From Atractiella rhizophila (taxonomy: Eukaryota), in contig MU271186.1 in NCBI GenBank assembly GCA_021432655.1, positions 124,001-188,000 on the forward strand: DNA of 64,000 nt, given 5' to 3'. The notes below the pieces were generated by a model. It was given only the letters and a program-made list of their open reading frames with translations, was not told the DNA's origin and made no database searches. Positions within the stretch are counted from its first letter, which is position 1. Each line of letters begins with the position of its first letter. A program made the position numbers and the translations under genes. Shown here one piece after another: positions 12,696 through 25,081 of this stretch.

Positions 12696-13624
12696 AGTCT
12701 CCTAATCCTGCAGAAGGACAGGGGAGAGCGTTTCCCACCCCTGGTGCAGAAGAGCGAGGCAGAACGTATCCAGTTCCTCGTGCAGGCGGCAGGACATATC
12801 CCGTTCCCCGTGCGGCAGAGGGTACAACGTATCAAGTTCCTCCTCTTGCTGAAGAACGAGCCAGAACAGCTTCCGTTCCCCTTGCAGGAGGCAGAACATA
12901 CACTGTTCCTCTTGCGGAAGAGCTTGGCAGAACATATCCCATCCCTCCTCCAGAAGAGCTAAGGAGGCCATTCTATCCAACCCGTGCATCGACCCCCTTT
13001 GAGGGAGAAGAGTGGAGGAGAGCGAATTCTCCTCCTCAAACGCCCTCTTCCTACACCACGCCCGGAAATCCACCGTTCTCTTCTGCACCGCAAGCGTCCG
13101 CTCCCTACACCACAATGGGAAATCCACCGTACTCCTCTTTTCCACAGGCTTCTTCTTACACCACAATGGGGAATCCACCGTACTCCACTGCACCTCAAGC
13201 GTCCGCTTCCTACACCACAACGAGGAACTCACCTCACCCCTCTGCGCCTCAAGCGTCCGCTCCCTACACTACAATGGGAAATCCACCGAACTCCTCTTTT
13301 CCACAAGCGTCTTCTTACGCCACAACGGGGAATCCATCGTACTCCTCTGCACCCCAAGCCACCGCTTCCTACACCACGACTCCGCCTCATTGGCAAGATA
13401 CGACAATGCCTGATTTCAGGGCTGGTTTGAGCGACGATGAAGACCCACGTCTTCACGCGCTCAGGGGGCACATGATTCAGATAACGAACAGTCTATTGAA
13501 ACTTGAAGGAGACCTGATCCATTTGACTGAACAGGTGCAAAAATTCCAACAAGAGAGAAGAGAGAAGGAGAGCATTCGGGATGACCTGTTGAGAAAGCTT
13601 CAAAATGCTGGTATGAGAGTGTAA
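12696..13624 (+). CDS. Orphan gene A, copy 3, 3' part (5' exons lie inside the mirrored block)
   Basis: SPNPAEGQGRAFPTP...LLRKLQNAGMRV*. Un-reversing 9791-12695 restores the upstream exons in frame. Confidence 0.65.
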
Positions 13625-15639
13625 CGGGTGCGTCTTTCTGTCGATTTGTGCAAGATGTCTCGGCTGTTTGTTGTCTTCTTTGCATGGTTTCTTTCAAACG
13701 TTCTATGACCCCTGTCCTAGTATGAGACAAAGCCATTTTGCTCTCAGTCTGTCATAATTATTTGTGCTGATCACAAAATTTGAGCATTAAACTCTTAACG
13801 TGAACACAAGCCGGAGACCTACAGATGGTACTCAATTCAACTCTCGTAACTGGGTCCAGACTCTGCTGCCTTCACATGCATGCTTACAGTAACTTTACTT
13901 CGCGTTCAGACAGAAGTGACAGCAATAAGCCAAATTTGGTGGAAACATCCGATACACAATCGAAGAAAGGGCTAGCCGTATCGATATTCTGTTCAGCCCA
14001 CTTTTCCCAAGGCTTCCCTACATCAAAGCAGATTGAGGGCCGCAATTTTCAGCAACAAATACATATCAGGCTGCCATATTCTTCGCTCTTCGCCTTTTTG
14101 GGCTGATGCTCAAGGTTATGGTAAAGCTTACCAAGGGTCGATAAAGTTCGGGAAGGGAAACTGCCAGATCTGGGTGTCAGGGCACAAGTGCTTATCGTAC
14201 CTTTCACTGATTTTCATGAAAGTTCGAGGGACAGAGCGCAGGACATAGCGCGATCACAGACAGTACAAAGGGAAGCACGGGCTCCTATTGCACCATTTAC
14301 CACCCTCTCAAGCCACTCAAGCTTTTTTGTCCCTAGCCCTTGTGCTGTAACATCTCTTCAGATATTAGATGGTGCGTTGTTGTAGATAAGAAGTGCAGAC
14401 TCTGATGTGTTTTCATAATGGGTACAGCGCCATTGTCGAGCTGTCGTCCTGCACTTCGTTTAGAGACTGCCTGTATAATCTACCATCGTCGGTTCTCTCA
14501 TCCCCTTCCTCTTAATGATATTTACGAAGTCGCTTCTAGCACACAGGCCACCTATACATCATAACTATGGTGCAACCACCTGCTATATGGAGGCTTTCGG
14601 AATGCGATCCAAGGGACGATGAATCGAAAGCCCTTACTCGACGATCACCTCGGTATTGCATGCACTGCGATACTCAGGTAGCACTCTGATCTTTCAAGTG
14701 ATAACCAACTAATGATAAGGCAGTTTACCGCTACTGCTGTCTATGAGAGGCACAAACTCGACATTCCTGATGAGAACAAGAGAGTCCGTTGCTCAATATC
14801 GTTATTTGGTAAAATGTCGCTGAGGTTTTCGTTCCAGACACAACTCGGGGGAGCAACAAAAACATGTCCAGAACGTCTTGCGTCAACAGGTACGTTCTCA
14901 CCGTACACTTCTCAAACACCTCACCTCATGATTGGTCACGCCAAGGTTACTGGATGGGGGCACGTCTTTGGGTATAATTTATATTCCCTATTTCTAATCA
15001 TTGGAATGGGGTACACGCCGAAGAAACCTACAGACATCAAGATGATCGAGTGTTACTTGGGCATGAGCATTCCCACCTCTGTCTGGTGCCACAACTCCAC
15101 TCGTTGCGCGTCAGTCGCTGTCCTTCGCTTCCACTGCAGAATAAACCTGACTGACTTGAATAGCTTTGAATGTCATTGGTGTCCTGGTAAACGTGTTTGA
15201 ATTATTGGACACTTGATTCTGATAAAGCTATCTAGGACAATGGTTCAATCCGAAGGATTTCAGCTCTCCCACTCATTTGGTTGACCTAGTACAAATGTTA
15301 AGCAACGATCCAATCAGGGTTGCAAGATTTCGGGTATGATGTGCCTTGTGAGCATAAAATGAATCATTGACCTGACACAGGAACTGCTCAATGACAAAGA
15401 CGTCAAACACATCTGCAAAAAGTTGTATGATAAAACGGTGAAGATTTTAGATGCGTTCGTGTTCTTCCCTCGTGTTGTTTTATGGCGACTGACGAGGCGA
15501 CAGAGAGCTGGTCAGAGGAAGAGCGAGGGTGCAGAGGGAAGCCGAAGAAGCGCGAGCAAGAGCTGCTGCTGCTGCAAATGCCACACAGACACCAGCAGAG
15601 ACACGAGCAGCAGCACCTGTACCAACACCTGCTCCATTG
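12696..15639. repeat. Direct-orientation copy of the gene A 3' half and the downstream region (matches 4265-4882 and 6884-9765)
   Basis: agtctcctaatcctgcagaagg at 12696 equals 4265. The downstream ORFs recur (8315/14188, 8837/14712) up to acacctgctccattg. Confidence 0.95.
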
Positions 15640-16314
15640 TCAGGCTCAGCTCCAGCGGCGGCTCGTGGGCGACCCCCAACCGTCCGCCCTCTAGGAAGAT
15701 ATCAACCTCCTCCTGCTCACATTTACAACCAACCGTCCCAGGGTCGCCGTTTCAACTACTCTCCTCCTCCGCCCCCACGACCTCATGTCTTTGACCAGCC
15801 TAACCCCGCTCGTCAATTCAACTACACGCCTCCGCCGCCACCTCGTCCCCATGTTTTCAGCCAGACGTACCCCTCACGCCAGTTCAACTACACTCCTCCC
15901 CCACCGCCTCGGCTTCCCCGTCGTCACACTCCATATCAACCACGTTCCGCTTCTCCCACTGCTGACCGCGATCGTCGCCCACACTCGTCCCGACCCACAA
16001 ATCATCCTGGGAGTCACCGGGATCGTAGTCCTCGCCCGTATGCAGGCATTCCTCGACCTCCGACATCCAGTCGAAATCACATCCCTCAAACGCAAACAGG
16101 GCCTATACCTCCACCGCCTTCTCGGACGCACCGACCAGCGGGGAGTGGGAACAGCGTGGATTGTCTGCAAGGGATACACAATACTCTCTTCAACATCCGC
16201 ATGAACAATCTAGGTCGCCATGCCTCAATCCGAGATCTCGAGCGAGCCAATAATGAAAAGAGAGATCGCATTGCAACTATGAGAGAAATGATACGGGGAC
16301 TACGACGTTCGTAA
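14567..16314 (+). CDS. Orphan zinc-finger / Pro-repeat / coiled-coil gene B (middle exons unresolved)
   Basis: Exons MVQPPAIW...RYCMHCDTQ | FTATAVYERHKLDIPDENKR | TQLGGATKTCPERLAST. The last exon has three RQFNYTPPPPPRPHVF-like repeats and IRDLERANNEKRDRIATMREMIRGLRRS*. Confidence 0.6.
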
Positions 16315-16662
16315 ATGAAACTGCATGGATTTGTAAATACTGTAGTCTGTACATAGGACATCATCACGATACACGAAAGTCCAGCTGTTCCTTGCCGAAG
16401 AAACAATCTATTATTGATGTCTAAGCGTTTGTCTCAGCTGCAGTCTTAAAGGCAGTCCGTACCGCAGCCCACCTTTGGATTTGTTTTGGCAACTCTCAGT
16501 TCGTTCTGAAATATGCCTCGAATTCTAACAAACAGATCGACTTCCTAAGGATGAAGAGATTAACTCAAGGTCAAACGAGCAATAAATCAGTCGATGTTTA
16601 AGGAGCAAAAGGGCGTTCGAGGCCTCTCCCCTCAGAGTAGTCCACTTGCACCCTCGTAAACC

Positions 16663-17761
16663 ATGTCGCACAACGCTGAATGTCCTGACTGTGGTAACTC
16701 CTTTTCTAGCTCTGCTTCCTTCCAGCAGCATGAGGTGGACGTTTCCAATGAGAGTATAAATTTCCGTGTAATGCTACTTGCCTTCATTGGTTTGGAGTTG
16801 ACGTTGGAGTAGATGATTTGTAAATTAGTGTTTCCGTCGCATCGCGTTTGCCCACGAAAGAAGGACCTGGTGAAGTGGCTTATCGCACATGTAAAGGATT
16901 TTGTTTCTTTTTACATGATTGAGTTCAGATTCATTTTGAAACCAGACCGAGACGAGCAACAATATCATCACGAAGGAGGAACGATTGTCAAGCGCAATTC
17001 ATAGCGTACAGCTTCCAATTTTCGCAGACAGGGACGATGCTACCAAGGGGTAGGTAACTTGCTACTTAGATCAATACTAGTAGCAGGACTAACGACAAGA
17101 TGTTCCAGCATCAAGTGCCGGGATTGCCAACAGACATTTCAGCTAAGTTTACCGTATTGTAATCATGGTACGAAGCCTTTATCCTCCACTGCAACAAGGG
17201 CTAAGTTCATCCCAGCCAAGAAGATTCCTGATGATCAGGTAAACATTCAAGACAAATACGGAATCGTCTGATTAGACATGGCAGCGTTATCTATTTGACC
17301 GGAACGTGACGAGAATCTGCCCCCTGACATTACAACGGGTAACAGAATCTGCCGCTTACGCAGGTCACGCTCCACGGAGGGCGAATACGATGAACGACTT
17401 CCCTCCTCGCCCTGCTAATAACCAACCTAATAACAACTTCCCTCCTCGCCCTCCTAACAACCAACCTAATAACAACTTCCCTCCTCGCCCTCCTAATAAC
17501 CAACCTAATAACAACATGTGGAACGATACGCCTCGCGAGGCACCTGATAATCAGGCTGAGAACATGCGAAACTTCTACATGGCCACCCTTCCTGACCATT
17601 TGAGAAGAGAGATCGATGAAGTCATCAAGGAAGCTTACGAGCTTATCAGAGACAAGGCAGAACTGGACAGACTCGCCTCACAGGAACATCAAAACCTGCA
17701 GGCGATGGATCAGGAAATTGAAAATCTCGAGCGTATCATCTCAGATATGCAGGGTAGATAA
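16663..17761 (+). CDS. Orphan zinc-finger / Pro-Asn-repeat / coiled-coil gene C (splice sites tentative)
   Basis: ATG at 16663 gives MSHNAECPDCGNSFSSSASFQQHE, followed by a probable exon FPSHRVCPRK. The last exon has three FPPRPPNNQPNNN-like repeats and the coiled coil LQAMDQEIENLERIISDMQGR*. Confidence 0.5.
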
Positions 17762-18625
17762 GTTCAATGTCGACAAAGGTTTCTCCCTCTGCTGTATTTG
17801 TAGAATGAACATGTAACAACTCGAAATAGTCAGAAAGCCTTCTTTCAAGAAGAATGATATCCTGTCAACTAATGTCTGAAATCTAGTCAGCATGGCTGGG
17901 GCTTGAAGCTTTAGCTTTGGTTCAGTGCGGTCCGCACTGCAGCTGTCATCTACTAGTTGTGTCGAAATGTGTTCGTAAATGTGTAGAATAACGTCGTGCA
18001 CTTCTTTTGCAGATGGAGGAGCACTCACTGCAATCAATAACACAGGAAGAAATTATCACCAGCTTCCTATCTAGGGAACGATATCTTTCTCATCAGAAGG
18101 CCATAGCTCCTCACCCGAGTAGGATTCGAGTGGGCGAATTGGGAGAAGGCTGAGAACTGTGAAGACAGTGATGACGAAGGTAGAAGTGTACGACGGTTGT
18201 TTTTATCGAAGTCAGCGAACTTCACTTCAAGTTGAAAGTTACCACTGGCCATCCCTACTCGGAAGTTCTGCGTCACGTAACATCAGCACCACATAGTATC
18301 CATATCAGATTTCGATCCTTACCGCACTGTTTAGCGTGCCTTTGCATTGATGCTCAGTACGCTCACTAGATCGCGCGCTTGGAAGTTGGTTTGCAGGTAC
18401 ATGTACACCAGACCTGATCTGCCTGATCAATGAGGTCCCCGAGCTTTTTTTCTTCGGGTTGTCACCACCTTTCATACTTTCAGATAAGCAGTTAATTGCA
18501 GGCTAATAGACGAATGTGGTGACAGAAACACGTATTGTAGGTTGGAGAATAGATAATCTGGATGTCAAATAAGACGAAAGAAAAATGCAAACACAGATGG
18601 TAATCCCAGCCTACATCGTTGATGT

Positions 18626-20450
18626 TTAGACTGGGCTGGAAGAAAGGGGGTTAGGCATGTAAGGGATCTTCCTCCCTATACCAAGAATCCTCATTGGGTC
18701 TTCTCCCGGTCCAATGGAAGAAGGGATGCCCAGGACATGCCTATCAAGTCCAAAGGTCGGAGGGGGCGGTGTCTGAAGAAGAGACGTATCGTCCGTCGAG
18801 GGTTGAGCGAGGATGAAGGAGCGGGTTCGATGTGACCCCGTGTGCATGTGTAAGGAAGGAGAAGAATCATCGAGGGCCTCTGGCATTTCCGGAGGAGAAG
18901 AATCGCCTGGGGGCAGTAGTCTTTTCCGGCCAGGATTGCGAAAGGATTGGCTTGGTCGAGGGGTCGAACTGGGAAGGAGCAGTCCTCGATTGCCGCCTCG
19001 ATCTGAGGAAATTTCGACCCCTTCGTCCTCTGTTCTTGCTGCAGGAGAAGACTGATCCTCCAGCAGCTGAGGGTCGATTTGCAGCGATGTTGAGGGGTGG
19101 TCAAGGATAAGAGGCGATCTGAGAGGCGATTCATTGTCGTCGTGATCGTCGTACGGCCATTCATTCAGAGGAGAATGCCTAGAAGAGACGGAAGTGCGCT
19201 TGCGTTTGTTTCCCGCTGTGACCACTCTTTTCCCACCGCTACTGCTCCCGCTCGCAGTCTGGACACTGATCCCACTATCAATGTTCGACAGACGTTTCGG
19301 GATCCTGGTAGACGCGCGAGACGCCTTCTTCCTCGCCTGTGGCACTGGACCAGCCTCCGAACTAAGGCCAAACAACACCGCAGCTGCCTCCGTCTCCTCG
19401 TGGCTGTGATGACGAGAGGTTGGACGTGAGTTTGCAGGAACCCCGTCAGAGTGCTTCTGGCTGCTACCGTAATGATCATGCTCATAAGTCGCGGTAGGGG
19501 ACAATAAGTCGTCAACATAAGTCTCGTCCTCGAATTCAACTTCGTTCACGGCTTGAAGTTTCTTCTTCCTCTCCCGATTCTCCCGCGCCCAACGTCGCTT
19601 CGATTCCAAAGTACGCTCTCGTCGTTCTTCCGCTGTTGATGGCCGATTAGGATCTAACAAAAATAAGTTGGATTCTAGCATCATAAAGAAAAAGCCATAC
19701 TATTATCCCATCGGGTTTTTCTTGCTTGACTGTTGAGAGGAATGCTGTGTTTCTCTGCAAGATGCCCTGATAAACCATCCCTGTCAGCTTTCTGATAGAT
19801 CCGCAGATGGGCAAAGAGGAAACAAACTCTTGTAGATGCTTCGAGCGTTTCGTCCCTTGTAGCACTTGTCGCAATACTCGCACTGCATTTCCACGATGAT
19901 ATTCGTTTTCGGCGATTTAGCGACTCGGTAACGAGAGGAACCTATCATAATAACGATCTCATCAGCAACCTTCCTTCGAATATTCACACAAAGGGTAAGC
20001 AATGTATTTATTATGGATGACACGGAAACAAGGAAGGAGCCAGAGAACCGAAAATACTGTAGTCAGGAACGCGCAACTATAACGAGGCACCTCAACCGTC
20101 CGTGAGAACTCAATATCAGCGATAGTGCTCGTGATGCAGCATGTTGCCATCCTTCCCTCGTTGTAAACTCACTCATGAGACGGAAACAGATCATAGAAGT
20201 CACAACAACAACCGCCACCAGGATCTCAAACAAGGGACGCACCATGTATTTCGTTCAGATCAGCACCATAGCTATCATTCGACAGATCTCTCTGTCCTCC
20301 ACCGATAGTAAGTCCCGCTCTCCTCCTCCTGGTCTGGGTCACCGCCGTAGCTGTTGGTTGTTCCATCCTCAGACTTTCATGTTTCTCCGGGATCATTTCG
20401 TCAGGCTGCTGGTCGTATTCGGACTCCCAGAAGAGAACTGGTGGGTCCAT
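18626..20450 (-). CDS. C2H2 zinc-finger protein, probable transcription factor (5' exons tentative)
   Basis: Spliced CEYCDKCYKGRNARSIYKR|HLAEKHSIPLNSQARKTRWD, then a basic helix EERRERTLESKRRWARENRERKKK and a long Ser/Pro-rich tail. Confidence 0.7.
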
Positions 20451-20776
20451 CGCTGTAGATGTCAAGGTCAAAGGGTGGATGAAGGGGATCGAAAGTGCTT
20501 GTTGCTCAAGGGAGTTGAAACAACTTCTATCACATTCATGCTCCGAAAACCTAGTTTGTGAGCGGTTCCGAGGTTGCTTCATCACGTGATAGATAGGGTA
20601 GGAGAAGACAGGCAGGAGCTATTTCCTGGGTATTTAAACATTACATCTACTATAGCTGTACCTACTAAGCGCTATGTACTGCTAACGAAGGAAAAACGAA
20701 TCTTTTAGCTCAACCTCATCATCTCTTCCTTCCATCGCCATCCTAAACTCCAGGTCAAATCACCGTCATTCCGAAA

Positions 20777-22255
20777 TCAAGCCTTGTCCTTGGTCTCCTC
20801 AGCTTCGTTAACGTCAAAAACGACTTCACCGCCTGACGGAGGCGTAGAGTTAGGAGCAGCAATCGGAGCCGGAGGCATGGCGGTAGCTGCTTGTGGCGGA
20901 CGGGTGGGAGGTTTAGAGGCCAGACGCTGGTCCAGAGCTTTGAGCGCCATTGCCCTACACAACGGTAACTTGAGATCAGCGCTGTTGCTTGAGGTAGATA
21001 AAGAAAGAATTGAGACGCACCTTCTCCGCTCAGCTTCTGCTCGCGCTCCACCTGGACCGACGTAGAGGCCGGATTCGAGGTCAGTTTGGATCCAGGGTTG
21101 GAGGACGTGCAGTTTGACTGCCAATCCGAACAGAAAATTCGCGAGCGTTCCCACGGGTTTTCTGTTCACACAACGTGACTTACCAACTATAACGAACGAC
21201 GGGAGAAGAGACGTACTGCAAGAAATGGGGAAACCAGTTCTTGAACGCAAAGGTCTCGCTACGGTCACCACGGAAGTCCATGCCTTCGTTCTTCTTCACG
21301 AAGCGGAGATAGAACCAGGAGACGAGCCAGCCGAATTGGATCAGGGCGAAGGGGGACTGGTAGCCGATGATACACATGACGTTTGAGAAACCGACGTAGA
21401 GCATGGGGAGTTGCTGTTAACAGGTTGACATCGCAGCATGTCAGCTCAAACATGAAGTAGTGAGAAAAAGGAGCGCAAGACGGACCTTGACGCGCATTTT
21501 TATGAAGCCTATATTACCAATAAACCAAGGTGCCTATGCATGAAGAGGAAACAGACGGACCACCGAAAAGCATAACTTGATGCTCAGGTATAAGCTGCGT
21601 GAAGGCTACCAAGTATCCGACCTGGAGACCCATCATCCCATGGTAACTCATCCCATACCTGCGCAAACCCTGGTTCGTTTCTTCCTCAATTAACAAGCAG
21701 ACTGAGCTTACAAGAACGTTCCCGAATAGGCCGAAATGACAAAGCTCTCTATCACATTCAGTCCAACCGCAATTACATTTGATCCTATGTTTCCATCTGA
21801 ATTAAGCCAGGATGAAGGAGCGGATATTGGGGACTGACCGATTATCACTACACCGCAAAACTTGAGATACTCCCGTCCGCCCCATACCTTCTCCAGATAT
21901 CTCCCACAAAGCGGGAGAGCGAGTAAGCTAGTTAAAAACTGTGCGTTCCGCACACAACCCATCAAGGTCCATCCCAACGTAGACGGATACCACGCACCTC
22001 GAACAAATTAACCTCACAAAAAGCGCTCGTCAAAAGCGTCCAGGGATTCCAAACTGCGCTTCCAGGGACCAAAACAAGCCACGGGAAAGCGAGAGAAGAA
22101 TCGTATCCGCTTCGAAAGACGTCTTGGATGTCAGTCCGGCGTGCCCACGCCTTCACCAGGGCTAACGAGAGCGAGAAAAAGAGGAGCAGGCCGGTGAGCA
22201 GCCGCGAGCCTGCAGGAATGGAGGACAGCCAGGAGGGCAGTGTGACAGCTGGCAT
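20777..22255 (-). CDS. TMEM115 / DUF1751 rhomboid-like integral membrane protein
   Basis: Exons with LVLVPGSAVWNPWTLLTSAFCE, GRYLEKVWGGREYLKF, GYLVAFTQLIPEHQV, GWLVSWFYLRF, GDRSETFAFKNWFP and AEAERRR|ALKALDQRL. Confidence 0.85.
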
Positions 22256-22297
22256 TTTGGAGTGTTGCTGAAGCTCTGGCTAATAATGCCCGCTTCC

Positions 22298-24628
22298 AAG
22301 AGAAAGGTCGTCGTTTTGTGTGCAGAACTGACGGGCCTTCTTGCCAAACTTCGTATTGACGAAACAAAAAATTGACGACCAACGTACAACGTAGAAGCTT
22401 CAAAGCAGCCTCTCCTCAGCTGGTTCTAGGGCGAGCCCGTCTACTTTGCACGGGAACGAGACATGATTCAAAAAATGACAAACTCAAGCTGGAATGGACG
22501 TGACTGCGAGGGCATCGTTTTATGATAAAGAGAATAGTAGGAAATGTCGAGGATGGATTGGATTCAATTTGTGAAAGTGAGTTGGTTGGAGCGCTGTAGA
22601 CCTTTTTCAACAAACTTCTTTCAACATGCATACATGGAAATGTCATGCATGCTGTTAAACTTCATAGTCATGCGAACAAAATTAAAAGAAGAAACATGTA
22701 CTTTTGAAAGAGTTTAGCTCGTAAGGGCATTAATTGGCCAATGTTCAAGGTGACAGACAAACCATAGATCTCTAAGTATTGGCCATATCCTCGGACTGCG
22801 TCCAGGTAGCGAGCTGTTTAATATTTTGGACACTTTTCTTCAGTGCTAAGAAAGGAGGTTATGACAGGCTACAGTAACACAGACCGGTGCCTGCTGTCGA
22901 ACACGTGCAAAGCGAGTCGTTTGTCTGGTTTTCAATTTCAAGGATGCGTGGCAGTCTGGTTCTTCAGAATAAGGGCCATGGCGTGGAGTATTTCGCCCTC
23001 CTCACTGGAACGCCGGGTCCATAACTGCGCAACTCGAAGGGAGATAGCTTGTAGATGAGGAGCCACTCAACTTTGTGCATCACGATGTCACACCTTCGAT
23101 TCATTACTGCCTTACAGAGTATGTCACCTCCTCGGATGCAATACGAGTACCCAATGTTGCTTCAGTTGGTCTTTTGAGCCATGGCATGACTGGCGCGAGT
23201 TTTGTATGGATGTTTCATCACTCACCACCAACAAGAAATGGTGCCTGCAATAACTGGTGACTTTAAGGGACGATCCTGATATAACATGATGGTCCCTGCT
23301 GTCCCACAAAATAGTGCAGGACCATGGTGACGAACAGCAAGACCAATGGTGGACATTGAAATTGACGCGTCAGTCAGCTTGAGCAAGGCACCATACCGCG
23401 TCGCCGATCGGTCAGCTGTTTTCTTCCATCACCTCGGTTGGTCGTGAAGCTTTGAAGAGAAAGGTCGTCGTTTTTGTGTGCCGAACTTGACGGCCTTCCT
23501 GCCAAACTTGTTGACGAAAACGAAATTGACAACCAACTTCGAAGCTTCGAAGCAGACTCTCCTCAGCCATCCTTTCTCACCAGGTTCTAGGGCAAGCTCG
23601 TCTACGCCGCCTATTTTGCACGGAAACAAAACGTGATTCGAAAAATGACGAACTCAAGTTGGAATGGACGTGACTACTACGGTATAGGTGTATGATAAAG
23701 AGAATAGTAGGAAATGTCGAGGATGGATTGGATTCAATTTGTGAAAGTGAGTCGGTTGGACCGCTGTAGACCTTTTTTGAACAAACACCTTTCAATAAGC
23801 ATACAAGTAAGTGACATGCACGCTCTTAAATTCATACTCATGTGAACAAACTTCAAAGAAGAAAACATGTGCCTGACTTGAGCATTCTAAACCGTTTAGC
23901 TCGAATTGGTCAATGTTCAACGTGACGGACAAGCCATAGATGTCTAAGTATTGGCCGTGTCCACGGAATGCTTCCTGGTGGCGAGCGGTTCAAATATTTT
24001 GGCCTCCTTTCTTCAGTGCATAAGCCTTGTCAGTGTTTCTCTCTCTACATTAACACAGACCGGTGCCTGCTGTTGAACTCTTGCAAAGCGAGGCGTTTGT
24101 CTGGTTTTCAATTTCAAGGATGTGTGGCAGTCTGCTTCTGCTTCTTCATAATAAGTCGCCTTGGCGAGAAGTATAACGCCATCCTCACTGGAACGCCGGG
24201 TCCATAACTGCGCAGCTCGAAGGGAGATATCGTGCTTGTAGAAGAGGAACCACTTACATTGGTGCGATTCATTACACGCCTTGCAGAGTATGCCACCTTG
24301 TGGGCAGATGCACGTCGTTCAGATACGGATAAGCAACGTTGCTTCAGCTGGTCTTTTGAGTTATGTGGATGCTTCATCACTCGCTAACGAGACAGAGTGA
24401 GTGCAATAGCGGTGACTTGAAAGGACGTTTCTAATATAACCTGAGGGTCCCTGCTGTCCCACAATCTAGTGCAAGAGCACCTCTTCAAATTATGACGACG
24501 AACAGCAAGACTAATGGTGGACATTGGAGCTGACGCGTCAGTCAGCTTGAGCAAGGCACCATACCGCGTCGCCGATCGGTCAGCTGTTTTCTTCCATCCA
24601 CCTCGGTTGGTCGTGAAGCTTTGAAGAG
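22298..24628. repeat. Diverged tandem duplication of ~1.16 kb in the TMEM115/catalase divergent intergenic region
   Basis: aagagaaaggtcgtcgtttt begins both units (~22298, ~23456) and ggttggtcgtgaagctttgaagag ends both (~23459, ~24628). Confidence 0.9.
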
Positions 24629-25081
24629 CGAAAGCGTGCTTAGGCGTGCTATTTGCGCCAGATGATTGATCTAGCCCAGCCCAGCGGGCCATCGATGAGG
24701 AGAAGTGGTCTGCGGCCTGACAAATTTGCCTGCCCGTCCAGTTGTTACCTGGGCACACTGCAAGTAGTCACCAAGATTGGTCCCTCTTGAACAAGTTCCA
24801 AAGGTTTCGGGCAGAGCTTAGGGTATTGAAGCTGTTGAAGCGTTCAAAGCAAACATCTGCCGTGCCAAGTAGTCGTTCAGCAAGCGTTCAGAATATTAAT
24901 TCTGAGCTGAGTGAAATCTGGAAATCTCGGAATGATGATTGGCTGAAAGCCTATTTGTAAGCGAATGTGTTGAAGAATAGTGTGCGGAGAATTTGTCAAG
25001 AACCTTCCCCTCAGTCTGATAAAAGCGGGACGCCATCGATCCTGCCTCTCAAGTTGTCTTTTGCAATATCTACACATCAAA

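Noticed and set aside
9801..12705. ORFs in the track within this interval (e.g. 12348..12962 and the 5' part of 12605..13624)
   Set aside because: They lie in the mirrored block and are translations of reversed text, not genes.
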